DNA of 62,565 nucleotides, counting the filler, from Sphacelaria rigidula (lineage: Eukaryota): NCBI GenBank assembly GCA_964200075.2. It is 5 parts of 5 records of this genome, joined end to end, with 100 filler letters (N's around TTAATTAATTAA, not from the genome) between each part and the next. Parts side by side here need not be neighbours in the genome. Positions count along the whole stretch, not along the records: positions 1 to 12,435 come from CAXNAA020003775.1; positions 12,536 to 24,969 come from CAXNAA020003776.1; 3 more parts are not named here. One strand, given 5' to 3'. Both the position numbers and the translations under genes were made by a program. Under the pieces are notes generated by a model. That model was given only the letters and a program-made list of their open reading frames with translations, was not told the DNA's origin and searched no databases. Position 1 is the stretch's first letter. Every line of letters starts with the position of its first letter. Of this stretch, positions 10,749 through 23,110 are shown one piece after another.

Positions 10749-12435
10749 CCCACTTTTATGGCAGGCACGAATATTGATTTTTTCAAAATCGAGTGGACGA
10801 AAAATCGGGGAACGCACTTTATGGACACTGATTTGGACCAAATCGGAGGCAAAAAAATCGGGGGGAATCGTTCCGAGATCGTGACTTCCCACGATTGTTT
10901 CGAGGTGACGTACGTTGCTAGAGTACGAGGCGTTTGATATTTTTGCAACGGCAGCAGAAGACAGCATCGTGACAGCACGGGCGCACACGCGGCCATTCAG
11001 CTACTTCGTAGAGGAATTTTCAAACTTCATCCTCGGTTCCGTCCGTTTTGAATTCCACCCTAGAGGGTCTTGGGTATTCGTCATCATCGAGAGGATTCTC
11101 AATGTCGGAGCCCTCAAAGATCTGTGTCGATATTAAAATTCCCTGGATTATTTTTTGGAGGCACAAGTGCTATGAAAATCTGGAATTTTCACAGCCTCTG
11201 CTGTTCGAAATAAATCCTGATTCCAAATTATTGAATCAGGTAAAAATGATTTATTTCGAACAGCAGAGGCTGTGAAAATCCCATATAATCTCGCAAATGG
11301 AATTTGTACACAAGAAACTGTAACCTGTTAGAAATAATTCCTCATTTTTCCCGCCAATACCCAAAATTGGGCAAAAAAAGGACTTATTTGCGAGCAGCTT
11401 CTGCTGTTCAAGTCGCACATACTGCACCGTATCAGTGGATGAGAATTGAGAGGCAGAAGAAGTCGTTGGAAACTCATCCTCTTGCCCTCCATTTCATGTA
11501 TCAATTGGGCAAGCGGATCGAAGTCTTCAGCGCCTCGGCTGGTTTCAAATCCCACGCACTGATCGTGAGTGTATGTACACACAGTCATGCTATTTAGCAT
11601 TAGCTTGTGGGTATGGTACAACAGCTGTATGAACCCTATACATCTAGACATACAGGTTTTCAAAACCCCGTAGTCCTGTGTTCACCATTCGAACACCAAA
11701 GTGAAGCATTTTTTCGGGTGAAGACACGAAAAATTATGGTCGCGGTTTATTCTCTACGCTGATGACGATATGTCCATCACAACAATAAGCATGATTTGAT
11801 ACTGTACTGAACTATACAGGACAGTACTACATCGTGTTTATATACGTGCGGTGCGATATACTGCAGAGTTAGCGCGGCGTGTGCGCCACGTATGGCTCAA
11901 CAAGGTGGATGCCTGTAGCTTCGGGTACATGGGGGTGTTATATACCGTCAGCTACTGAGTATACATCACGATGCCCGTTCTTGTAGCATGCTCACCGCTG
12001 CAATCAGTAGGACGTGGAAGGGAAGCGGATAAAGCACAGTACAGACAGCGCAGGACTATATGTATGTTTTCTGCATACAGTGCGACGTGGAAATAGGGAC
12101 TTGAACAGTGTGCGCAGCTTTGTCTGCCTACATTGTCCACGGGTGTGTATATGCAGTAAACCGCCGGAAATTGCCCGCACCATACACCGCTGCTCAAATT
12201 GAAACTTCCACCAACAAGATGTATACATCATGCCCAACTACTGCAGTGTGTATTTATATCCCAGTGCCCAACCTGTGCTCCTTGCTGCAGGGTTATTGTG
12301 GTGGTGTTATAGCTGGGAAGTCGGGTTTGCAATTCAATCTGTAAACGGGGGGTGATACATATTAACAGGGTTGCCAGAAAAATGAGAACGTATTTTGAAA
12401 TGAGAATCAACCGCTCTCCGGGATTGTGTCCATTT

Positions 12436-12535
12436 NNNNNNNNNNNNNNNNNNNNNNNNNNNNNNNNNNNNNNNNNNNNTTAATTAATTAANNNNNNNNN
12501 NNNNNNNNNNNNNNNNNNNNNNNNNNNNNNNNNNN
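12436..12535. other. Artificial contig linker N-TTAATTAATTAA-N
   Basis: An identical 100-nt block occurs four times and gives stops in all six frames. Confidence 0.97.
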
Positions 12536-12942
12536 TCTGCATGGATTCACGAGCAATACACGAGCAATACACGAGCAGTGAAGGCAATAACAATGACACA
12601 GCATCATACCTTGTCAGTAGAACACATGCCACTAACTTACAGCGCGCAGAGGCGAAGATTCCGTGAGAATCTGGCGTTGTAAACACAAGTACGAAGCTGT
12701 TTTCCCCCATAGCGGCAAATATACCGCTATTGAGGACTCATTAGCGGCTAAATCACCGCTATATGGGTATAGCGGAGTTGCCCTGAATAACGGCAATTTT
12801 GCCGCCTGGCACTACATGCCGCTATATCGGGGCCGCTACTGTATTGCAAATATTGTCGGCTGCAATAGGCCTATACTCTACGCAGTACATTTTCGTCTAT
12901 TTCAAATATTGACCATATGTTGCCCAGGGTGTGGAAGATTGC

Positions 12943-13623
12943 AAGGGCAGGTCGGGATCGGTGTACTCGATACTCGGTATTTTGAAAGGTTATACTCTTA
13001 GTACCCAAACATTCGGGTTGAGTATTGAAGTCGTGAACAAAATACCCAAAATTTTGGTGGAGCATTTAGGTCATGCCCAAGTGATGCTATATACCTGGGT
13101 ATCTCTGAGACTGCTTATCCAAAATTTGGGTAGAGCTTTTGAGGTCGTACCGAATCTAACAAAAAATAGATGGAGTATCCAAATATTACCCAGCTTCCCC
13201 TAATTTTGGGTCAAGCATTGAGGTCATACCCAAGTAATACTCTGTCCTCAGGCATCGCTTAGACTGCTCACCCAATTTTCGGGTGGATTATTTGAGGTTG
13301 TACCTAATCTAAACCGAAATTGGGTAGGGTGTAAAAATCATACCCAACCTACCCAACTTTTAGGTGGAGTGCTGAAGTCATACCCAAGTGATACTCTACA
13401 CCCAGGTATTGACGAGACTGCTTACCCAAAATTTGGTTGGATTATTGAGATCATACCGAATTTACCTAAAATTTGGGTAAAGTGTTCGAGGTCGTACTCA
13501 ATCTTTCCAATATTTGGAAGAGTATTTGAGGCCGTACCCAAACCACCCAAACCTTGGGTCGGGTTAATACCCGTGTATTCTCCTCGAGTATTCAAAGTAC
13601 GTGCCCCCATCCGATCTGCCCTT
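12943..13623. mobile_element. Non-autonomous TIR element with internal ~153-bp tandem units
   Basis: Ends AAGGGCAGGTCGG / CCGATCTGCCCTT. GTCAT(A/G)CCCAAGT(G/A)AT recurs at ~13070, 13223 and 13377. Many ACCCAAAATTTTGGGT-like palindromes. Confidence 0.65.
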
Positions 13624-13655
13624 CGATGACTGTCATTTCCCAACGCAGTTCGAAG

Positions 13656-16600
13656 GTGCTGGCGTTCGATGCGCTGTACCTGTGCGCCGGGCTCGGCGCG
13701 TACACGATAAAGCAGCATTTCAACTTTCAGGAGTGGTTCGCCGCGTTTTTGGGGCCAGCTTTGGAAACTCTCATCGCCACCATGCGAGCGGGAACACAGC
13801 AGAAGGTGAGACACATCTATATCGGTCCGGTCCGGTCCGGTCCAGCCCGTGAAGCAAGGGAACAAACGAGTATTGAAATAGGGGATCAGAAGCCCTCTAT
13901 GCAAGGACGGCGTTCTTCACGGATGTTTTGCTCCTTTTCCTGCTCCTTTTCCCTACGATATCTGGTGGGAATTCGTGTGTGGGCGATGATCGATTCACGC
14001 ATGTCATATTTGTGCAACTTCGTTTCTCTTCTAACTCCGTGAAAAATAATATACGATGGCTGTCCAGAAAAAGGCGTCTGTCGTCGCTTTTGGTCACTCT
14101 TCAGGCAGATGAGTGAGCAAGGCTGCATACATGCGAATAAAATCAGCGTCCAGTACACTGATTCTATCCTCAGAAGGGTATCCACCAGGTCGAAATGAGG
14201 TAAAAATGTGACCATGGTACGAAAATTGTGGCAGAAAACCCGTCGTAACCGAGGAGAGTAGACGCGAAGAAGCCTAACTTACCGTCTCGAGCCACTTAAG
14301 GGCACATAGCAGTTTGAGTGAATGACCGACAACTATGCAAGCTGAGCTATAGTACTCACCATCCGGTTTATCCTCCGTGATTTCTGAAGCACATGTACGT
14401 GTAGAATGAAATCAACACTACTGCCTGTAATTGCGGCAAATCGACTGGGATCCGCTTGAGATTACGTACTTTTGGCGTTAGAAAAGAAAACTGCTACCGC
14501 AATACTTCAACACCGCCACGTTCTTTTTTGGCCACTCCCCCCCCCCCATGAAAGAGACAGATGGGACTGGGTGTCGTGTATGACTGTAAGCCGAGTCCGG
14601 TATCCTTGACCTGAGTTTTTTTTTTTTCGTTTCTGAGTCCCCGTGTATATGCCAATTCGTAGGAGCTCGGTGCTGGACCAGTACACGCTAGCAGTACTAC
14701 TGGTAGCAGTATACTGGTAGTGGAAAAGAGCAGCCAGTACTGCCAGTACTTTCTTGTTTACATACATCTCACTATAACGCCTCATTACTCAACGGAAACT
14801 ATTTTAATTGCGCCGTGACGGAAGCCGAACCGCATTTTCGCTCTCATGGAGCACAATCGCGTAAAAATGGGCCTCCGGTGGGGCGCCTCTGACGGGGCTT
14901 CGTCGCGGACCCAAGGGTACTGGTGGGATGCAGTATACTGCCTGGCTGCGCCAGTATGCAGCCCCAACAATTAGTGACCTGTACGACTCACATCATGTTT
15001 GCGTTTTTCCAAATGCTTTTACGGCGTATAAATTGGATCGGATGAGAGTGGACGAGCTGCGGTAGTGCCGGTAGTCATGATCCAATACCGGATAATACAT
15101 CGCAAGCCAGGTACCGTACGGTACCGGGAGAGAAGCGGGGTGATTCCTTGAGCAGGCTACGGGTCCCTTCGTCCCTGAGAAAGCGAGGTGTTTACCACGA
15201 CTCTGAAGAAAAAGAAGAGAGAAAACAAAAGTGAGGGACATTTCGTATGCAGAGAAGATCAATCTTGCGTTTTGTTTTGTTTTTAGTTTGTCGCGCAGGG
15301 CAAGACGCCCCGTATCCTACGATGCGAGCACGTACTCTGATTATGGGAGGCGAATACACGTACGTCATTTGGTGTAACCACGGTAGCAATTTTGTTGGTC
15401 AGTCCAACCCCGCAAGGTGTTGGCTTCTAATAATGATAACTCTCTTTTTGTGGCGGTTGGCTCCATTCAGTATCGGATATTTTTCTTCTTCTTTCTTGTT
15501 TAGTTGATTTTTTTTTCAAGATCGGTCGATCTGCTCGTGTACACTTATTAGATCCTCCAATGAATATATGCACATGTAAAGAAGGCCGAACGATTGTAGA
15601 TTCTCCTTCATCTTCTGTTGGACTTCTAATTCCGGTGGATACACGAGTCAAAACCGACGATTACTTTTGAAGTCTTCCTTTCTTTTTTTCTGTGTTCTTT
15701 CTTCTTTTTTTCCTGCGTGCGCCCCTTTCTTGCTGTTTACCATGGGTGTACGTACGTGGGACAGGGTGACGACGGAGACGTGCCGTTGGTTCTGCTGCGA
15801 CGACTGATGTGGTTGCTGGGCTGTTGGGCCGAACAAATCCCCGGTTCACTCCGTCCGCCCCTGGTACAGGCAACCGCTAACGTCATGCAGGTGTGTTGGT
15901 GAACAAGAAAGCGTTTTCGAATGAACCCCACAGGGTATGTATCTTTGCGACGGATTCGGCATTAGATAGATGTCTATTCTTGATACGCCTGTTAATACTC
16001 CAACGGGTGCGGTCGTCTATTCTCAAGTCACTAATGAAACGCACGCCAAACAAAATCAGGAAAAAAACACAGCAAATCGTGTTTTGTTTTCCCTTGTTTT
16101 TTTCCTGTTTTGGTATGTTCTGGTTTTGTTTTCTATTAGTTTCATTGGTCGGTTTACTTTACTCTTTCTATTCCTGTCTTTTTCATCTTTCTCTTTTCTC
16201 GAGATTTTTCCTGAGCTAGTGTTCCCGGGTGCCGTACCTTGGGAACGTTTAACTCGTAGATACTGAGCAAGGCTGGATTCCTACCGAATCAGTTAGAGTC
16301 AATGTGCAAAAAATCGATCGATCCAGTGTTCGATGGAAAAAATGAAGAAAAATATCGCGATTTTATAGTCCGTAACGGCAAGGTGACGATAGCGTTGCCG
16401 ATTGCCAATACAGTACGATATGTTCAAAATAGTGTCGGGTCGAAGTAATCACGATACTGTAAATGACGATGCAATAATCTTATGGGGTCAAAGTTTTTCG
16501 CTTTGTCGCCAAACAAATCCATGCACGTGCGTCAGTTCCTCCCCCAGAGCTTGTTTTCAGGTGTTCGCATCTTTATGAACGGTAAGGTTTTGACGAATAA

Positions 16601-18018
16601 ATATAAAGCACTACGTATCACGTATTAATTTGCGATGTATCAATTGGGCTGTTGCACATGGAATGATCCGGCTCGAAGCCACTCGTGGTCATTTGGTAAA
16701 CATGTTTTCATTCGTTTGTTTCCTTCCCACGTCAAACTTATTTTCTTCCTCGGGACGAGTCCATGGTCCCAAGGGATCGTACCATCTCTCCCCCGGTGAA
16801 CGCCTCCTTACATCCGGAGTCGTGGATTGGATCAGCGCTCCCTCCCGCACCGCGTCAACTGTCATCTAACAAACTCAGCCAAACATACTCTTTGTCAAGT
16901 GTTTGCACGTTACTCTCGTTACGTGCACGTTTCACGTCAGAAGTCGTCAGTCGTCAGAAGTTAAGCCAGGCTAGTACTACGGTGGGGGATCACTTGGGCA
17001 GCCCTGACTTGACTTGACTTTTGAACAGGGCTCCTCACGTGGTCCCCGTCCCCCACGTGGAACGTGACACGACGTGACACGGAACGAGTGTAACGTGTCG
17101 ACCCTTGCTCTTTTTGATACAGCAGTTTTCAGTTGAAGTACGGGATTTTTGTCATTTTTTCTCTAGTCGGCGATTTTTTCACAATGTTTCCGCGTGCCAC
17201 CGCTCATCCCAGAGAACGTCTGATCCCGACGTTTGGGAGTCGGGAGATACTAGGCATCCGCTCCACATTCCGAATCAAAAATAATTTCTACACTCAATAT
17301 TGGACGACTTACGGGCTGAATCAAAATGGGGGTGTTATTGGCCGTTTCCGGTCCAAATCCCTTCTTTTATAGTCACGTTTCCGCCCTTTCAACGATGGAA
17401 ATCATTCATTTCTGAGAAATAAGAGTCAAACCAGACGCTTCTGGCGAGAATCAAACGCACATATTCCTAGCCCTCATGACCGTCAGTTGGACCATGACAC
17501 CAAGCCGCAGCGGTTGGGTTCGGGCATACTATAGTACACACGTGTGCATCATATCATCTTGGAAGCACTGCATGCAGAGATTTTGTGCGGCTTATTTTCG
17601 TGCTAAGTGCTTGAGGACGATGACTGTTTGGATACAGGTAAATGCACTGGGTGAGCAGGGTTTTCTCTGCAATGCTGGATGGTTACCGAATAATGGTAAT
17701 ACTTTGAGGTTGCCTGAGTTATTATGTTCGTGCATAATTCCTTTTTTATAGACGGAAAGTAAAACTGAAGTGTTCGGGTGTTTTTTAGACATGCATCCGC
17801 GACTTTTGTTTCCCTCTCTTTTTTTTTTCCTTCACATTTTCGGGCAGGCGAACGAGGCAGACGTGGGCGTGCGATTATCGGCGCTGCACGGACTGAAAGC
17901 TATCCTGGGGCTGTGGGATCTAGACGCTGAGCAATGTCTTGCTCCTGCTCTGGGGTGGCTTCTTCCCGCTTTGTATGGATTGTTCGAGGAGCTGGAGGAA
18001 ATGGATAGTCGGCAAGAG
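13656..18018 (+). CDS. IPO11: Importin-11-like karyopherin-beta, three internal exons
   Basis: Exons ~13656-13805 (VLAFDALYLCAGLGAY...FNFQEWF), 15765-15890 (LLRRLMWLLGCW...LRPPL) and 17848-18018 (DVGVRLSALHGLK...LYGLFEELEEMDSRQE). All phase-0 GT-AG joins. They match the recalled importin-11 HEAT segment (DAVY..GL..Y...F.QWF; RRRVIWLIGQW; DLVVR). The first acceptor may be 13648. Confidence 0.8.
16878..17022 (+). pseudogene. 5S rRNA-derived fragment in an intron
   Basis: GAAGTTAAGC...GGCTAGTACTACGGTGGGGGATCACTTGGG matches the 5S internal control region (A box to C box) with a deletion. It ends in GACTT repeats plus a T-run. Confidence 0.5.
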
Positions 18019-18261
18019 GTGTGTTTGTGTATGTGTTTGTGTGTGTTTGATGGTTTGAGGTGTTTCAAACGCGGGGAACAACAAGTTTGATTTTTTTTTA
18101 CAGTTCGAACCCTACAAACGTTTTCAACCGCATGTGTTACCCTCGACGATGAGAACTGTGTGTCCCTCCTAAGGTTCTTCACTTTTTTAAAATTATCGTA
18201 CTTAAACCCGTCGCAAATCCTCGCCCCCAGCATCGCCTTCCCCCCCTCCCCTCCATCCCTT

Positions 18262-18430
18262 TCCCCCGGCCCCCACTATGGGTGAGACGCACATGGATTG
18301 CGAGCCTGGTCTAGCGAAAACCCGGCGTGCCCCGTGTCGGCTCTGTAGAGATGCGAGGTCAATCGTCTCATGACTACGACAAGCAGGATCACGAGTGCAC
18401 CCCTGCCTCCCCGGGAGTGATGAGTGTTTG
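18262..18430. repeat. Dispersed repeat family D (TTGCGAGCCTGGTC...CGGCTTTGTAGGGATGCGAGGTC...TATGAC)
   Basis: Other copies at ~19615-19702 and inverted at ~37420-37502 on another contig. Confidence 0.7.
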
Positions 18431-21400
18431 ATCAACAAAATTCAAATCCATCACGCAGGGATTTTTATTTTATTTTTTCAGTTTCTCTTCGGAGCTAGGA
18501 GTCCCCGCAAGGAGCTATTATAGGATGACAATTTCCCCCCGATAATTTCGTGTTACCCCGGTCGTTCAAATACATATACCGCCGCGCCCCGGTGGTATCA
18601 CTTACATATTCTCCAGCTGACACCATTAGGGTGGAAAGAACGCTGGTTCGGTTCCCGCCAAATACGTCTGCTTTTTTTTCTTCTTCAAAGATATCGGATG
18701 TCCGTTGTTGAAAGCGTCAGGGCGTACGTGAGTAGCAAAGATAGACTGTTCGACTTAGTTTGGGTTGACGAGGGTCGACACGGTGCGGGAGTGCTGATGG
18801 CCAGGATCCAATCCGCGAGATCAAAATGCAAGGGGTGTACCGGGGGGGGAGAGAGAGATGGGTTGATTCCTTGAGACCACCCACTTGTCCGGAGGAAGTG
18901 GAGAGACTTCAAATTTAGCAAAAATAAAATAACACGCCGATTAATCGAAGATCTGGTCGGAACATTTTTGCATTAGCCTTGTGGGGTAGGCACCCGGGGC
19001 ATGTCGACTTAGTGTGGAACGGCCACCCACTAACCCCCCCCCCCGTCTGCTGTGGTCCCCAAACCCTCTTTGCTGTGATCTCCGACTCGGCTCAGTTGCA
19101 GACGGGCCACCCTACCCGCATGGGCTCTGGTCTTCGATTCGGGCGTCGTATACCCAGTAATCTAGACACGGTAGCACGTGTGCGAGTGATTTGTTACGCA
19201 TGTGTGTGCCCCCGCGGTTATACCACGGCAGCGCTCGCGGACTGGATGGTTGTTCTCTCATTGCTCGCTCGCGCATTAGGCTGTCTGTAAAATATGCGGC
19301 CACGTCTGCGGTTCTACCCACGTCTCGAATTTTGATGTGGTGCTGTGTCTTGTTTGTTCCCCTCCATCTTTGCGGTCTGCTGAAATTTTCGCACTTTCGT
19401 AGAATATTTTGTTGCGTTTTTGTTTTTCGGCAATTGGGTGAAAGCCTTTCGGGAAATACATAAGAAAAATGTCCCGGGGTGACCGTCACGTTGCAGCGTT
19501 CTGTACTATGGGTTATGATCACCGTATGCATGCGCAATTGCCGAAATCATGCAACGACTGTGACTCCCTCTCTGCTCTCTCCGGTCGAAACACCCACCAA
19601 TTCCCCTCGCGCTTGGTGATTGGTTGCGAGCCTGGTCCGGTGAAAACTCGGCGTGCTCTGTCCCGGCTTTGTAGGAATGCGACGTCAATGGTCATATGAC
19701 TGTCCCGTGCGCGCGCACTCTCTCTCTCTCTCTCTCTGAAGGGTGACAAGCACTCTCACTGGAGCATGCCACGCATACTGTACACACAATGGAGCATGAC
19801 GTACATGAAGACACATACTCGCGCACGCACAGGTTTTGATCGTGCTGTCGGAGCTGCTCGAAAGATCCGGTCCGCTTCTGGTGCCGCACTGCCAGGCCGC
19901 TGTGTCTGGTCTGCCGAATGTGTGGAACGCGACCGAGTCGCAGACGCCGCTGCGGGCTACATGTCTACAGGCGAGTTGGTACCCTTTGACGGCCCACAGG
20001 TGGGTCATCTATTGAATATTCATCGTTTTCACTTGGATATGATCGCTAAAGATTCCACAATGATCCACCGTGGCGATCAAATGGATTGCCTTTTGAATGA
20101 GGGATGGGCGGACGGCCGAAAATGTCGCCGATTCAACAGATGGCTAGCCCTGGGCTGTCGAAGGGGGTTAAGTTATGCTTGCTTTGCATCCGGCAGGACT
20201 GTTCGTTTATCCATTTGTCGAAAAGCACGATGAACGATTACGGTGTAATTGTACATTATGACATTTTCGTTACTGCGGCTTGCCGGCTAAGTACTTTGGA
20301 GGCAGCATCACGTCTTATCAAACACTGCTTGCTTTTCCCAGAATATTGTATCAGCGATGTAGCCGAAGAACAAAAGAAGACACGTCTGCGCTGTGAGTAA
20401 GCCTTATGTAGGTGCACATATTTTACGGGTTGTGTTGTTGTTGTGAGCCGCTGTCGGTTCCGTGTCTACAGACGAGATGATCAGTTGTCAATCTCTGCTC
20501 TACTTTGCTCTCCAGAATTGTATTTTATAAAAACAAAGAAGAGCAACTGCGATCTGTGAGTGCGTATCTTCTTATAAAAGTTATTTAGTGTTTTGAGCTC
20601 TTCTGTAAATGCCGGCTTCCGTATGGCCCATGTCCACAGGCAACATGATGTTCCTCTCAAGTCCGCTTGCTTTTGCGCTCACGATCGTGTAAGCTTATTC
20701 ACCAGAGCAAGAACAATCGCAATGTTAATTTCCCCTTCATTTGATTAATTCTACCGAATGCTTATACTTCTTATTTTCTCGACAAAAAACAATTACCACG
20801 CTTCTATTTGCATCATGTATCTGTTCCTGTACGTCCGTTCCTTTTGAGACTCCCGCGGCTAACCTCATCGTTGTCGTTTGTTGAAAACTCATATTTTTGC
20901 TGTACATTCATACGCTCACACATGTTTCGTTGCACGGATTTTTGTTGAGCGTCTGCTGCGCGGGCATCCCGGGCCTGATCTTGAAGGGACATGAATCCAA
21001 ATAGTCTTTCTTCTCTTTTTCTTTCACCTCACCTCGTGCAGTCGAGTTTGCCACTTGGTCTATAAGAATTTCCCAGAATTTTATTCTTCTTGATTCGAGT
21101 GTGAACACCGATATTCGGATCTTTAATGGGGCTGATAGGCCCAAGTGCTCCTAGCGTGCGCAGAACGCGTTTTTGTCTGAATCGGCGCCTCTGGCACTGT
21201 TTCGAGGTCTGCCAACGCCGCATCTTGCGTAGTGAATACTTTGGACCCTCCCCTCGCCCGAGGGTTCTCGGTATGCCTTGGGTTATCATTAGGGTCAGCG
21301 TTGTTTTGAAATAATATACTTCCGAGGAAGTTCTTCGAAGAGTCAATCGACCACATGGAAAAACCCACCTCGCCTCGTGACTGTGCGGGCAACAGCCCGC

Positions 21401-21450
21401 ATGTTACTTTTTGTACATATTTGAAATATCCGGGATTGTGTTCTGTTGGG

Positions 21451-22274
21451 AATGGCGGCTAAAGTTATAGGGTATTTACACTATTGACAACGTATTTTAT
21501 CGGTAGATGTCATTCCGAATCATACCGGAGTGTTGGAAACAGAGCTTGATCACCTGCCGAACCATACCGGAATGTTCAATACACATTCCGGTATGTTTCA
21601 GTGTGCCGGCTAATAGTCCCCCACTTTCAACTTTACCAGACAGGACACAACCTCGAAAATTTCGTCGGAACACAGGACAAGATTCTGTGGGTGGCTGGCA
21701 GGGCAGCAATCCATCGCCTCTGTCGAGGCCTGACCCCCGGCATTTCGTCCTCTCAGATTAGAGTACCACTAGAATTTCATCGAAGCACGCAGAAATTTCC
21801 AAGGTTGCGTTCTGTAGGGTATAACCGGAAGAGGGGGATTCCTAGTTGGCACACGAAACCATCACAAGGGTCGGGCGAATGGATGATTCGTACGTAATTT
21901 CCTTGATTTTAGTGCGATTGATTCGTGCCGTACGAGTAAACACTTGGGCTCTGATTTTCGGCGTTGTAAGCCAGGTACGCGCAGCCCAGGCGCATGGAAT
22001 GGCGCAAGAACTGCGTCAAGACCTTTTTTTGACCAGCGGTCAACCTTTTTTTTCTCTTTCGAGCAATCAGGCCTCGAAAATCGTGGATTTGGTGATTCGA
22101 ATCGGCGATGATTCGTCAGAGTCGTGAGACCGTACCGAAAATGCGTAACGAAGATTTCGGTATGGTCGGGCAGGGTATCGAGTTTCGTTCCGAACACTCC
22201 GTTATGGTCCGGGAGATTGTTTACCGATAAAACTCTTTTTTTATACTTCTGTAAATATTCGAATTTCAGCCATT
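21451..22274. mobile_element. Degenerate TIR element, probably with a nested insert
   Basis: Imperfect ends AATGGC...TATTTACA...TTTTATCGGTA / TACCGATAAAA...TGTAAATA...GCCATT. ACCGAA/CATACC sub-repeats occur in both arms. Confidence 0.5.
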
Positions 22275-22276
22275 AA

Positions 22277-23110
22277 GGGTCGTTCTTAACGAAGGAGTTC
22301 TTCCCCTTTTTCAAAATCCCCTCTTGACAGGGGATCGACTCCATAACGACCGGTTCTCGGTTCTATCGAGAAGGTTTTTTCCCAGATCGAACCCCAGATC
22401 TCCACGCAGGTTCAGAAATGCGGTCTGGAAGAGGTCGTTCTTCCAAGGTCTCTGTAATGCTACAGACGAGACGCAACAGGGCAACACAACACCTGCACAC
22501 CCAGCCCCGAAGAAGCACGCGTACACATCCACCACTCATGCGCATTAGTTTCATCGTTAGCCCTTGCTATTCTACACACGGCAGTCCTTGTTTGACGGAA
22601 ATCCGTTCTGTATTGGACGAATGGCGGCCGCGTGCGTGTAAAAAAACGACCGAAAAATTGTCGTTGCTGACCGTTTTGTAAGCGTGTGCTTTGCGCGCGT
22701 CTCATAAAATCATCATTTCTCAATGAGTTTTGAACAGATTTGAGCAAGGTCACGCACAACTTGCACAACAGATTAGCAGCTACGGCTCAAGCTGGGTGTT
22801 TTCGATTTGCAGGGGCACCAAGTTCCTTACGTTCAGCTCTGATCGTGTTGGGTTGTGTGGTGGGCCTTTGCGTGTGTCTCTGTCAACCGGTCATGTATGT
22901 TCCCCTTCGAGGTACACAAAAATCCCCTTTTGACAAGGAGAATACAGAAAGTTTTTTTGCACTTCCTGAAAATCCCACCCCCCAAAAAGGGTTGCTGTGC
23001 ACGGTTCGAGGATTTTTTTGGGGGGGTGGTGTCGCAGCGACCAATCAGCGGTCGTTTTTCAAAAAGGGATTTTTTAAGAGGGGGAAAATCCCCTTCGTTA
23101 AGAACGGCGC
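22277..23110. mobile_element. Tourist/PIF-Harbinger-like MITE with TAA TSD
   Basis: TIRs GGGTCGTTCTTAACGAAGG / CCTTCGTTAAGAACGGCGC. TAA at 22274-22276 and 23111-23113. Confidence 0.7.

Noticed and set aside
11720-11780. Hammerhead ribozyme (GAAA...CTGATGA)
   Set aside because: The required stems cannot be formed convincingly.
12480-12491. TTAATTAATTAA as a biological motif or TTAA TSD
   Set aside because: It is centred in identical N blocks four times, so it is an artificial linker.
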